Assembly (NCBI GenBank): GCA_015232315.1
Contig: JADFZZ010000027.1
Coordinates: 482-64,481 of the forward strand
Origin: SAR324 cluster bacterium
Lineage (GTDB): Bacteria; SAR324; NAC60-12
Length of the DNA: 64,000 nucleotides
Reading direction: 5' to 3'
The first letter of the stretch is position 1; each line of letters starts with the position of its first letter. Positions 54,645 through 64,000 of this stretch are shown one piece after another. Below the pieces are notes generated by a model. The model ran no database searches, was not told the DNA's origin, and saw only the letters and a list, made by a program, of their open reading frames with translations. A program made the translations under genes and the position numbers.

Positions 54645-56506
54645 TCATTCTTTGGGGTCTCACCTATCTGTTGTCTGCCTGTTATTTATCCCGGAAAATA
54701 TTTGGTGGCGCCTATTTTTCTATCGGGTTGCCTTTTGCTGTGATGATTGTGGGTTTCGTGGTTCTTCACAAACTCGGAGTCTCCATTTCACACATCACAC
54801 AAGGACACTTCATTGGATTTGTCACACTGTCTGGTTTTCTTTTCTGGTGGGGGTATCGTGAAATAAATTTCCTGAAAATCGCCCGACAGCACATCCCGTT
54901 TATTGTGCTGTTGCTGGCAATATTTCTGTATCAATATCTGTATCAGGGAGCGTATCTGGAACTTCCAGCAGATGTTTATGGTGTTCATTTATACCGGATT
55001 GGAGATTTACTGAATGAAGGAAGATTTGTTGATTTTAGCAAAAGTCTTTCCGCCAACACCATGTTTTATCCTTACTTGATTCATGCGACATTGATCCGCT
55101 ATGCGCCTTATGAATTGATGACCGCATTGAATGAAACATCCGCGGTATTCACCATGCTACTCATCATCTCCGTTTATGCCATGGTGTTTTTCTTTACCCG
55201 CCATTCTATTATCAGCACATTGGCTGTAGTGATTTCATGCCTGACCTGGGGCGTCGATATTTATTCATTTTATCGCTATTACACGTTTGCCCCTGCTTTT
55301 TTTTGCATGACGTTGGTATTTGACGGATTGGTGCTGTCCTGGCTCTATTTCCAAAAATTGCCCATAAATTGGTGGTCGGCATTGATTCGTTTTGGCAGTA
55401 TTTTGTTCCTGTTTCTGATAGCTTCTTTTTTCTCCCATAAGCAGGAAGCTCTGTTTCTAGGGATTTTGTTTTGTTTTGCCACGCTGTTTTTTTGTTTATC
55501 TCGATACAGGGATAAGACACTGACATGGTGGACGGGCATTCATGGCGGAATGGTTTTACTGACCATCACCATCATGGCGGTGTTAGCCCCCAGACATGTT
55601 CCTGATGTGAACAACTCTATTTTTTATGACTGGGGTCAATGGTTTGGAGTCCGTTGGGTGAGTGCCAACCTGCTGAATCAGGCTGATTTGAATATTGTAT
55701 CAGTTTCCATGTGGTTTCTGGTTCTTTATAGTCTGGTGAGTTTGTGTTTGCTTAGAGGGCTCCCACAAAAAAGATACTTATATTTTTATTGGTTTTCCTG
55801 GATACCATTACTGCTGATTGCCGTTCCTCCAACCGCAACATTATTTGCAACATTGCTGGATGACCGTGTTTTCAATCGGTTGTTTTATATGTCGACACTT
55901 TATGGCTCATCCGCAGTATTGATGGTCCATGGTTATAAAATATTGTGTCCACTCAAATCATCATCCATCAAACAGATAGCAGTGGGCCTTTTCCTGTTGA
56001 TGCCCATTTTTTACTATTCCATGAAAATTTCCATGAATGGCAAAGGAACCCACTTTTTCAAAAGAATGGAACCAGCTCACAATCATGTCCAATGGCAGCC
56101 CGTGTATGATTTCTTAAAAGCCCAACCTAAACACGCACATATGATTTTGACCGATGGCATCACAGAATATCCGTTACTCATTACGTCTGGGTTCTATTCC
56201 AATGATTGTAATGGTAGTATCGGGAGATGTTATTTTCCAGACCCGAAATGGAGATCTGTTGCTATTCCTAATCAACTTGCTCACCAATACGATTATATCG
56301 TGATCAATCGTGGAAAGGATTTTCAGTCATCAGGTTTTGAGAAACATTGGGATTCCAAATTATTTGTTTCGCATGTCAGGAATACCTCCCAGTATTATCC
56401 TCCCAACACTGAACAGGAACTGACCTTGCTGGAAACTCAAGGCTCGACAAAAAAAATCTTTCAATGGAATAATATTCAGGTATACCGTGTGCTATCTCAT
56501 GAATGA
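54641..56506 (+). CDS. Large polytopic membrane protein (~620 aa); candidate GT-C-type (arabino)glycosyltransferase by context
   Basis: Over 12 hydrophobic helices plus a C-terminal soluble domain. Lies directly downstream of dprE1/dprE2. No motif-level verification was possible. Confidence 0.55.
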   Translation: MIILWGLTYLLSACYLSRKIFGGAYFSIGLPFAVMIVGFVVLHKLGVSISHITQGHFIGFVTLSGFLFWWGYREINFLKIARQHIPFIVLLLAIFLYQYLYQGAYLELPADVYGVHLYRIGDLLNEGRFVDFSKSLSANTMFYPYLIHATLIRYAPYELMTALNETSAVFTMLLIISVYAMVFFFTRHSIISTLAVVISCLTWGVDIYSFYRYYTFAPAFFCMTLVFDGLVLSWLYFQKLPINWWSALIRFGSILFLFLIASFFSHKQEALFLGILFCFATLFFCLSRYRDKTLTWWTGIHGGMVLLTITIMAVLAPRHVPDVNNSIFYDWGQWFGVRWVSANLLNQADLNIVSVSMWFLVLYSLVSLCLLRGLPQKRYLYFYWFSWIPLLLIAVPPTATLFATLLDDRVFNRLFYMSTLYGSSAVLMVHGYKILCPLKSSSIKQIAVGLFLLMPIFYYSMKISMNGKGTHFFKRMEPAHNHVQWQPVYDFLKAQPKHAHMILTDGITEYPLLITSGFYSNDCNGSIGRCYFPDPKWRSVAIPNQLAHQYDYIVINRGKDFQSSGFEKHWDSKLFVSHVRNTSQYYPPNTEQELTLLETQGSTKKIFQWNNIQVYRVLSHE

Positions 56507-56715
56507 GAGAAAAATCGAATTCATTTATTTTTGATAATCAACCAATTCCATAAATTCAGGTCAGAATAAAGGCTTTGGTTCTATATATTCCAGAAAAATA
56601 ATTTGGTCAGAGAGAGGCAAGATGCCCTCCAAATGCGGACTGGGACGCCCGCGCTCCCAGAAAATAGTTATCTGGAACACTATAGATTCCCCTAAACCCG
56701 TTTAAAATATCAAAT

Positions 56716-58122
56716 ATGACGAATCACGAAATAAATCAGGAATCCAAAACTTCTCCACTCGCGCCCAAAGAAGTCCCTTTATGGGTGTATCCCGCAAAAG
56801 AAAATAATATCGAACCCATCAATCTTTATCGCTTATGGCTGATTTTATGGAACTTCAAACGAGTGATTATCGGATTCATGGTCTTGGGGACCGTTTTGGC
56901 AAGCAGTTATGTGCTCTATATATACATTCCCTTTTTGTTGCGAGAGCCACCACCAGAAAGCCCACCATCTCTAACTTTGCAAAGTGGTATGCCCCTGCAG
57001 GAAGCACAACCTTTATTACCAACAACCTACACAACCACCTTAAAAATCATACCTTTATTCCAAAAAGATAAAATGATTCAGGTGTTGCTGTCTCGTTTTG
57101 GTGAAATAGATTTGATCAAAGAATTTAAATCATATGACTTTTGGAAGTATTTACTGGAAACAACAGAGATTTCTAAAATTAAAGAGTTTTCTGAACTCCT
57201 TCCCATTATTAATCATGAAAATCAGACTAAACGTAGACAAATGATTGTATCTCTTTTGGAAAAAAGTGTAAAAGTAGAAAAGGAAGATCATAAAACTGAA
57301 GATCAAGCATATAATCAGGTAAAAGAAGCCGTAGCATCGCTGGATGAAGAGACGTTCAACTATATGGAAACAGTGTTTTTTCAAAGTCAAACAGCACTCT
57401 TTCCCCTGAATATTTCAACTGTAGGTGCACAAATCTTGGTAATAACGAAGCCTTATCCATCTCTGGAACATGCATTGAACATTGTTCATAGTTTTGATAA
57501 TGCGTTGAAAGGTTATTTTAGACAACTTTTTGATATTATGAGGCAAAAATATGAAGTTGAAATCAGTCAGAGTTTGAAAGAATCAGAAATTAGTTTTCGT
57601 ACAAAACTTGAAAAAAGTACACAATTGCTGAGCCAGCATGGAGTATTCAATGTCTTTGATTCCAGAGCGCTTCTTACAGTATCTCCGATGACGCTTACCG
57701 AGAAAGTTTTTCAGCAAACATTGATTGGAAAAAACAATGAACTCTCTAAAAAAATCAAACCCTTTAATGCAAATGATTTGCCTAATTTGTATTTTGATCT
57801 TGTACAACAAAATTCAGAATTTGAACGATTTAAAAACAATTATCTGAATGAAATCAAGAATCATGGTGAATTCCTTAATGAGTTTAAAAATCCGATATCC
57901 AAAGACAGGTTATTTGAGACTCATCTGGATATAGCCATACAGGAACCATTAGCAACAAAATCATTGAATCTTACGCCACCGATAACGTTGCCCCAGGCAG
58001 TCAAAACTATTGTAAAAGGATTGATTGTCGCGATAGTTCTAGGATGCGGTTTGGCTTTTTTTCTCGAGTTTATGCAATCAGAAAAAAAGAAATGGCTACA
58101 AAATCAAAAAAATGCCTCATGA
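56716..58122 (+). CDS. Wzz-like polysaccharide co-polymerase (chain-length determinant) protein
   Basis: N-terminal Wzz-type TM (…INLYRLWLILWNFKRVIIGFMVLGTVLASSYVLYIY), a long periplasmic coiled region, and a C-terminal TM (LIVAIVLGCGLAFFLEF). Confidence 0.6.
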   Translation: MTNHEINQESKTSPLAPKEVPLWVYPAKENNIEPINLYRLWLILWNFKRVIIGFMVLGTVLASSYVLYIYIPFLLREPPPESPPSLTLQSGMPLQEAQPLLPTTYTTTLKIIPLFQKDKMIQVLLSRFGEIDLIKEFKSYDFWKYLLETTEISKIKEFSELLPIINHENQTKRRQMIVSLLEKSVKVEKEDHKTEDQAYNQVKEAVASLDEETFNYMETVFFQSQTALFPLNISTVGAQILVITKPYPSLEHALNIVHSFDNALKGYFRQLFDIMRQKYEVEISQSLKESEISFRTKLEKSTQLLSQHGVFNVFDSRALLTVSPMTLTEKVFQQTLIGKNNELSKKIKPFNANDLPNLYFDLVQQNSEFERFKNNYLNEIKNHGEFLNEFKNPISKDRLFETHLDIAIQEPLATKSLNLTPPITLPQAVKTIVKGLIVAIVLGCGLAFFLEFMQSEKKKWLQNQKNAS

Positions 58123-58187
58123 AAATATGTTTTCATGGTATCTGCTATCCATTTTTCATTTTTATTGACGTATAGATTATTAATATC

Positions 58188-59024
58188 ATGACAAAAATCC
58201 CCTCCATTTCTGTTGTTTGTCCTACCTTCAATTCTGAAGCCTATATTGAAAACACGCTTGAATCCATTTTGAAACAACATTTACCTCCATATGAGGTTAT
58301 TGTTTCAGATGATGGTTCTTCAGACGAAACCATTCAGAAGTTGAAACATATCCAGCAGAAATTTGAACAAAAAAGTATTTGTTTTAAAATTATAGAAAAC
58401 GCTCATCGCGGAGCCGGCGCAACACGTAATTCCGGTGTTTTTGCTGCACAAGGAGAATGGATTGCATTTGCGGATGCCGATGATCCATGGAAACCCGAAA
58501 AACTGAGTGTTGTCTCACAGGCAATCCAGGCTTCACCTGATACTAATTTCTTTTTGCACTGGATGGAGTATTTACGTTTGAATGGAGAAGTTGTCCTTAT
58601 ACCTAACGGAAATAAATATAATTCCGATCGGCCATTACCCATGCAAATTTATCGTCGTAATTTTTTACCAACACCGGCTGTGGTATGTAAGAAAGATCTG
58701 ATCGTTCAGGTGGGAGGCTTTGATGAAGATCCTGCTATGATTATGGAAGACTATGATTTATGGCTAAGAATGTCTCCCTTTGTCAGATTGACTGTGATCA
58801 AACAAGCCTTGGTTACGGTAGTCGAACGAAGAGATAGCATCAGTGCGAGGCATTATTGGCACCGGTATGTTCCAACCATGAAAGTATTACTTCGGCATTG
58901 GGAAAAAGGTGGGTTGGTTCTGCTTGCTTACAGATCATTACGAACAACCATCAATAAACAATGGCATCGTGCCCTGCTCATGAAATTAAGAAAACAGCAG
59001 GGACACACTCACTGGAATTCATGA
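58188..59024 (+). CDS. Family-2 glycosyltransferase
   Basis: 'ISVVCPTFNSEAYIENTLESIL…VIVSDDGSSDET…' GT-A DxD-type motifs. Confidence 0.8.
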   Translation: MTKIPSISVVCPTFNSEAYIENTLESILKQHLPPYEVIVSDDGSSDETIQKLKHIQQKFEQKSICFKIIENAHRGAGATRNSGVFAAQGEWIAFADADDPWKPEKLSVVSQAIQASPDTNFFLHWMEYLRLNGEVVLIPNGNKYNSDRPLPMQIYRRNFLPTPAVVCKKDLIVQVGGFDEDPAMIMEDYDLWLRMSPFVRLTVIKQALVTVVERRDSISARHYWHRYVPTMKVLLRHWEKGGLVLLAYRSLRTTINKQWHRALLMKLRKQQGHTHWNS

Positions 59025-59210
59025 AGGGTGCAATCCGATTCTCAATAAAAACATAGTCCAATTATGCCTTGGGTAATGGCTGCTCCTGCTTGTGATGATA
59101 GCGTTTGGCTAAAACTCAAATTTAGTTTGCCACAAAATGGTTTTGGGCCAGTTGGCGGCGATACAATTATTGGATGTCATGAGTGAAATAAATTTAGTGA
59201 GGCTCTTCAA

Positions 59211-60482
59211 ATGAACATATTCAAAATAGCCCAAACACATTTTTGGATAGATTGTCTCAAAAGTAATTGGTTGAGCTGGATCATTTTCTATGTTTTTCTA
59301 TTGCATGTATGGATCGGCCTGGAACATGAGTCTTTCTTGTTTTCAACGCCTCTTTATGTCAATGAAATTCTCAGTTTTTGCGGGGTGTTGACACTGATAC
59401 AAAACTGGACTGTTTTTTCTGGTCGTAGCGACTTGCTCAGCAAGTCAGTAATGTTTTTAGCAGGCTATGGCCTGCTCTATTCGCTTTATTCTGGTCTTTT
59501 TTTGCAAGAAGACTGGTATGGCTTCTTAAGAACCCTGCCAGTATGGTATTCCATCTTTGGATTTTTTCTGGGTTGTAGTTTGTGGAATGTCTATCTTCGA
59601 TTCAAAGACCGCCTCTCTTCTATGATATCATGGAGTTTGGCACTACTCTCCTTGTTCTCAGGTGTTTCCAGAACCACTCCTGTTTATATTCTAATAGTAA
59701 AAAGTCTCAGGTCATATGATGTGAGTATTCTGCTCTTGCTGTATTTAATCAGTGGAGATTCAACCGGTAAAATGGTGTTTTTAAGCTATTTAATATTTAT
59801 TTTGTTAAGGGCATCGTTTATTCGCTTATTATATCCACCTGCTATATTGATTGTGATCTTGTGTGGTTTCTTGTTTTTGAATTGGAGCTATCATGAATTC
59901 AATCGTTTTTATTCTAGTGGAAAAATACATGATACATGGGTCGAGGCTGGAAATTATGGGATTATCTCTGAAAAACTGGGGGTTTCAGATAATAATGCCA
60001 TATGGCGTCTGATGTTTTGGAGTTATGCATGGGAACATCACATTTCTGAGAATCCAGTGTTTGGAATTGGCTTTGGAACCCCTTTATTTGGCAAAGCTCA
60101 GGAAACATGGTTTATCTGGTACACCAATGAAAACAACAAAGATTTGTATTTTCCTTACACATTGGGTGTGCATAATTCTTTCATTTTTTTATTGATTCGT
60201 TTGGGGTTAATCGGGTTTGTTCCTCTCCTCTTTATCAATTTCTGGTTGTATCGTGTCTTTATAGAACATCCTCTCTTTCTAAAAAATCGAGAAATTAATG
60301 TACTGTTCATTGGATTTATATTCATGACCGTAAATGCGATGTTCAATGTTATCCTGGAATCCCCCCGCTATGCGGGAATCTACTGGGCTATTTTAGGTCT
60401 ATTGTATCAAAGCATCCAACATTATTACCCCAAAAAAGTATACAAACTGTATCCATCATCCACTTATGTTTCAATCATCTGA
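59211..60482 (+). CDS. Wzy/O-antigen-ligase-like polytopic membrane protein
   Basis: ~11 TM helices with the loop 'WEHHISENPVFGIGFGTPLFG' typical of Wzy_C-type proteins. Confidence 0.6.
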   Translation: MNIFKIAQTHFWIDCLKSNWLSWIIFYVFLLHVWIGLEHESFLFSTPLYVNEILSFCGVLTLIQNWTVFSGRSDLLSKSVMFLAGYGLLYSLYSGLFLQEDWYGFLRTLPVWYSIFGFFLGCSLWNVYLRFKDRLSSMISWSLALLSLFSGVSRTTPVYILIVKSLRSYDVSILLLLYLISGDSTGKMVFLSYLIFILLRASFIRLLYPPAILIVILCGFLFLNWSYHEFNRFYSSGKIHDTWVEAGNYGIISEKLGVSDNNAIWRLMFWSYAWEHHISENPVFGIGFGTPLFGKAQETWFIWYTNENNKDLYFPYTLGVHNSFIFLLIRLGLIGFVPLLFINFWLYRVFIEHPLFLKNREINVLFIGFIFMTVNAMFNVILESPRYAGIYWAILGLLYQSIQHYYPKKVYKLYPSSTYVSII

Positions 60483-61575
60483 ACGATCCTTAATTCTGTT
60501 TATTTTCCAACTCCCTCCGCCAGTGCATGGCGTTGCGATGGTTAATCAGAGAATTCAGAACAGCGCAATCATTAACGAAACATTTCAATGTGAATATATT
60601 AATTTAACTGGCGCAAATTCTATCAATGATATTGACCGGTTTCAACCTGACAAGGTTATCAAGGGATTCCGCGTTTATTGGCAAACCCTAAAAGCACTGG
60701 TGTTATCTTCAGTCCACTTGGTCTATATTACCCCCTCGCCTAAAGGTTTTTCATTTTATCGGGACGTTCTTCTAATCCTGATGATTAAAATATTTCGTAA
60801 AAAAATTGTGCTTCACCTACATGGGCAGGGAATGATCTCATTTGCCAAACATTGGCAACGATGGTTATGTGAAGTGATATTCAGGAAGACCCACGTTATC
60901 CATCTCAGTGACCGATTGTTTGAGGATATCTGTTTTGTCCGCTCCACCTATGTCAGGCATACACTAGCCAATGGTATTCCCGATTATTATAAGGATCATC
61001 AATATGATGGCGAGAATAAACTGAGAATTTTATTTTTGGCTGCGCTGATGGAAAGCAAGGGGCCTCTGACCCTATTAAAAGCTGTGAACATTTTAAAGGA
61101 AAAGGTTCAGGCAAACCTTGAAATCTGGCTCGTCGGCAATATGTGGAAAGAATCCTTTCAGCAAACGTTGATCGATTATGTTAAGGAACATCAACTTGGA
61201 CAGGTTGTCCATTTTCTGGGCCCGAAGTTTGACGAAGATAAATGGGCTATTTTTTCAAAAGCTGATCTATATGTTCTTCCAACCGAACAAGAGTGTTTTC
61301 CTCTCACTATCCTGGAAGCTATGCAATTTGAACTTCCTGTGATTTCCACCTTTGAAGGAGCCATCCCTGAAATCATAGATGACGGACAAACCGGATTTCT
61401 GGTTCCAGCTAAAAATCCTGAAGCATTGGCGAAAAAAATTAGTCTGTTTCTTGAAAATCCCGATCTTTTAAAAACAATGGGGGTGGCTGGGCGAAAGAAA
61501 TTTCTTGAAAACTACACGCTGGAAAAGTTTGAAACTCGTCTCAGAGATATGCTATCAGAAATCCTTTCATCATGA
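60466..61575 (+). CDS. Family-4 (GT-B) glycosyltransferase
   Basis: C-terminal 'E…FPLTILEAMQFELPVISTFEGAIPEIIDDGQTGFLV' EX7E-type GT4 motif. Confidence 0.8.
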   Translation: MFQSSERSLILFIFQLPPPVHGVAMVNQRIQNSAIINETFQCEYINLTGANSINDIDRFQPDKVIKGFRVYWQTLKALVLSSVHLVYITPSPKGFSFYRDVLLILMIKIFRKKIVLHLHGQGMISFAKHWQRWLCEVIFRKTHVIHLSDRLFEDICFVRSTYVRHTLANGIPDYYKDHQYDGENKLRILFLAALMESKGPLTLLKAVNILKEKVQANLEIWLVGNMWKESFQQTLIDYVKEHQLGQVVHFLGPKFDEDKWAIFSKADLYVLPTEQECFPLTILEAMQFELPVISTFEGAIPEIIDDGQTGFLVPAKNPEALAKKISLFLENPDLLKTMGVAGRKKFLENYTLEKFETRLRDMLSEILSS

Positions 61576-61777
61576 AACATGCAACTTGTTTCAATCATAA
61601 GTGCTCGCACTCCTGAGTTCTGAACCCCAAAAACCAACATCCAAGACCAGATAAACCATTAGAAAACAGTATAAGGTATTCGAACCACAACTTAAAAAAA
61701 TTACGAACCATAGTGATTTTAAACGTAGAACTCATAAATATTCCAGGATAAGACATTAACCCATTGGAGAACGATCC

Positions 61778-63967
61778 ATGAAACAAATCATGCAAAATTA
61801 TAAGACTGGAACATTGAGTGTTGAGGACGTTCCCGCGCCAGGAGTGAAAAATGGCCATGTTCTGGTACAGACTCAATTTTCCTTGATAAGTGCGGGGACT
61901 GAGAAAACCAAAGTTGATACAGCCAGAATGAATCTGTTGCAAAAAGCCAAAGCACGTCCAGATCAGGTCGAGCAAGTGCTGACCAACCTGCATCAGGAAG
62001 GCGTGATTCCAACTGTTAAAAAAGTTTTCAACAAACTCGATACTCCTGTTTCTCTTGGATACAGTTCTATGGGTAAAATACTGGCTGTTGGAGCTGGTGT
62101 GGAGCATCTGAAAGTGGGAGATCGTGTGGCTTGCGCTGGTGAAGGATATGCGGCTCACGCGGAGATTGTTTGTACCCCTGCTGCTATGTGTAACCTTGTT
62201 CCAGATAATGTTCCCGGAGAACATGCCTCCTTTGGCGCCGTGGGAGCTATTGCATTGCAAGCGGTTCGATTGGCTCAGATTGAACTTGGATATCGGGTTG
62301 GTGTGATCGGGTTGGGACTGATTGGGCAATTAGTCAGTCAAATGGCTAAAAACGCGGGTGCTCTGGTTTTGGGAATTGATCTGGATGAAAGTAAGTTTGA
62401 ACTGGCTAAACTGCACGGCATTCATGCGGTCGCGCATGTGTTGAATGATCCTGTGTCAGAGATTGCTCTCGGTTGTTCACATGGAATTGGCCTGGATGTC
62501 GTGATTATTACGGCTTCAGGTAATGAGGAGCAAACCTTACAACTGGCAGGGCAATTATGCCGTGAAAAGGCCAAAGTGGTTCTGTTGGGGGCTGGAGATA
62601 TTCAGGCGCCCAGAAATGATTACTACCACAAAGAATTGACGGTCGTCGTATCCAGAGCGTTTGGTCCAGGAAGTTACGATCCCGCTTACATACAGGGACA
62701 TGATTATCCTCCGGGATATTCACGATGGACGGTGAGACGTAACATGGAAACATTTCTGGACTTGATTGGCCTTGGACAAATTTCGCTGGAGGGTATTTTA
62801 TCTCATCAATTCCCTTTGGAAGAGGCTCCAGCGGTTTATGACATGATTAACCAGCAGACTGAAAAGTTTGTAGGAATTGTTTTTCGTTATGCAGAACAGA
62901 TTTCCTCAAGCCGTGTTGTTACGAATCCAACATCAGTCAAACGATCTTCTCTGGCAAAAATTAATGTCGGATTCATTGGTGCTGGAAGTTTTGCCCAGAA
63001 TTATTTGATCCCTTATCTCGGTGGTTTGTCTGCCGTTCATTTGCTGGGAGTTGCTACAGCGACCGGAATTAGCTCAAAAAATACAATGAGAAAGTTTGGA
63101 TTCCAGTACAGTTCAACAGATGCAAATGAAATCCTGAAAGATACCGAGATCAATACGGTTTTTATTGCGACACGCCATAATTTACATGCTCAATATGTGA
63201 TTGACGCCCTCAAGGCGGGTAAACATGTTTTTGTGGAAAAACCGCTGGCTGTAAATGAACAGGAACTAATACAAATCGCTGAAGTCCTGAAACATTCATC
63301 GTCCCAACTCATGGTTGGCTATAACAGAAGATTTGCGCCATTAGTGCAGAAACTAAAAGATTTTTTTCAACACAGACAATCGCCCTTGGTGATCCAATAC
63401 CGAGTCAATGCGGGGTCTATCAAAAATGATCACTGGATATTCAGTGAAGAAGGTGGTGGGCGTATTATTGGAGAAATGTGTCATTTTATTGATTTATTTC
63501 AGTTTCTGACAGATGCAGTTCCTGTTGAAGTGTCTGCTTATTCATCCAAACCTGTTCACACAGAGTTACCCATTGAATTGGATGATAACGTATCCAGCAT
63601 CATTCGTTTTAGTGATGGATCAACGGCATCGTTGGTCTATACATCCAAAGGTGACTTATCTTATTCCAGAGAACGCCTGGAAGTTTATAGTGATGGATCC
63701 ATTGGCGTAATTGATAATTTTAAAAAACTTCAACTGGTTCGCAAAGGGAAAACCCAATCCTCCTCATTGATTTCAAGGGAAATGGGAATTAGACAGGAAA
63801 TGGAAGCCTATGTGAAACATCTCTCAACTTCCAGTTCACAGTTTCTGATTCCATTTGCAGAGTTATATTACACCACACTTTGTACATTAAAAATAATAGA
63901 ATCTTTGAAGACCGGGCAATCACAACGATTGGAGATACCCGCAACGCTGACAAATAATGAGGTTTGA
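61778..63967 (+). CDS. Bi-domain oxidoreductase: N-terminal zinc-type medium-chain alcohol dehydrogenase fused to a C-terminal Gfo/Idh/MocA NAD(P)-dependent oxidoreductase
   Basis: MDR motifs (…VACAGEGYAAHAE…GVIGLGLIGQL…), then 'INVGFIGAGSFAQNYLIP…' and 'KHVFVEKPLA' Gfo/Idh/MocA motifs. Confidence 0.75.
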   Translation: MKQIMQNYKTGTLSVEDVPAPGVKNGHVLVQTQFSLISAGTEKTKVDTARMNLLQKAKARPDQVEQVLTNLHQEGVIPTVKKVFNKLDTPVSLGYSSMGKILAVGAGVEHLKVGDRVACAGEGYAAHAEIVCTPAAMCNLVPDNVPGEHASFGAVGAIALQAVRLAQIELGYRVGVIGLGLIGQLVSQMAKNAGALVLGIDLDESKFELAKLHGIHAVAHVLNDPVSEIALGCSHGIGLDVVIITASGNEEQTLQLAGQLCREKAKVVLLGAGDIQAPRNDYYHKELTVVVSRAFGPGSYDPAYIQGHDYPPGYSRWTVRRNMETFLDLIGLGQISLEGILSHQFPLEEAPAVYDMINQQTEKFVGIVFRYAEQISSSRVVTNPTSVKRSSLAKINVGFIGAGSFAQNYLIPYLGGLSAVHLLGVATATGISSKNTMRKFGFQYSSTDANEILKDTEINTVFIATRHNLHAQYVIDALKAGKHVFVEKPLAVNEQELIQIAEVLKHSSSQLMVGYNRRFAPLVQKLKDFFQHRQSPLVIQYRVNAGSIKNDHWIFSEEGGGRIIGEMCHFIDLFQFLTDAVPVEVSAYSSKPVHTELPIELDDNVSSIIRFSDGSTASLVYTSKGDLSYSRERLEVYSDGSIGVIDNFKKLQLVRKGKTQSSSLISREMGIRQEMEAYVKHLSTSSSQFLIPFAELYYTTLCTLKIIESLKTGQSQRLEIPATLTNNEV

Positions 63968-63969
63968 AT

Positions 63970-64000
63970 ATGGATAATAAAATTGATTTTATGGGATTAC
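63970..64000 (+). CDS. 5' end of a further ORF (truncated by the window edge)
   Basis: ATG 3 nt after the previous stop with a GAGG Shine-Dalgarno; only 10 codons are visible. Confidence 0.2.
   Translation, partial: MDNKIDFMGL

Noticed and set aside
35-64000. Window-wide look for transposases, integrases, phage or Cas genes
   Set aside because: None of the ORFs over 100 aa shows DDE, tyrosine or serine recombinase, or Cas signatures; the mobile content seems limited to non-autonomous repeats.

Overview
This 64-kb window looks like ordinary bacterial chromosome, densely coded on both strands, at roughly 45% GC. The gene content (PAS and 7TMR-DISM sensor kinases, PP2C response regulators, bactofilin, Sel1/TPR proteins, FliM, IHF) suggests a Deltaproteobacteria/Desulfobacterota-like organism, but I cannot place it more precisely from sequence alone. 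I found no rRNA, tRNA, CRISPR array or transposase gene.

Housekeeping genes I recognise with confidence are proS, recN, pntAA-pntAB-pntB, moeA, bioD, an M18 aminopeptidase, a UbiB/ABC1 kinase, ihfB, fliM and a NUDIX hydrolase. There is a heavy load of signal-transduction genes: a multi-PAS hybrid kinase, a REC-adenylate cyclase, a CheY-like protein, a REC-RsbW-like kinase, a 7TMR-DISM kinase-REC-PP2C fusion and a REC-REC-PP2C regulator.

The most interesting content is as follows.
- Miniature non-coding repeat families. One is a 156-bp MITE with 18-19-bp terminal inverted repeats and a 9-bp target-site duplication. It sits nested inside a second repeat family, and the uninterrupted copy of that second family at 46.2 kb serves as the empty site. 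There is also an inverted ~160-bp hairpin-rich repeat pair, and a 33-bp direct-repeat pair.
- A ~127-nt highly structured RNA-like leader, with a 10-bp closing stem, internal hairpins, and a Shine-Dalgarno sequence plus a tiny uORF partly sequestered in the stem. It lies immediately upstream of modABC and is duplicated at about 94% identity 20 kb away.
- The modABC operon itself is a sharply GC-rich compositional island.
- A cell-envelope glycan cluster at 49-64 kb carries unmistakable orthologs of the mycobacterial decaprenyl-phospho-arabinose pathway (UbiA-type DPPR synthase, DprE1, DprE2). They sit with a large polytopic GT-C-like membrane protein, Wzz-like and Wzy-like proteins, GT2 and GT4 transferases, and a bi-domain oxidoreductase. 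The ubiA-dprE1 junction is interrupted by two small genes bracketed by repeats.
- Several tightly coupled gene sets of unknown function: bactofilin-ThiS-permuted papain-like peptidase, a secreted 617-aa protein overlapping an FGE-like protein, and proS coupled to a 757-aa acidic orphan.
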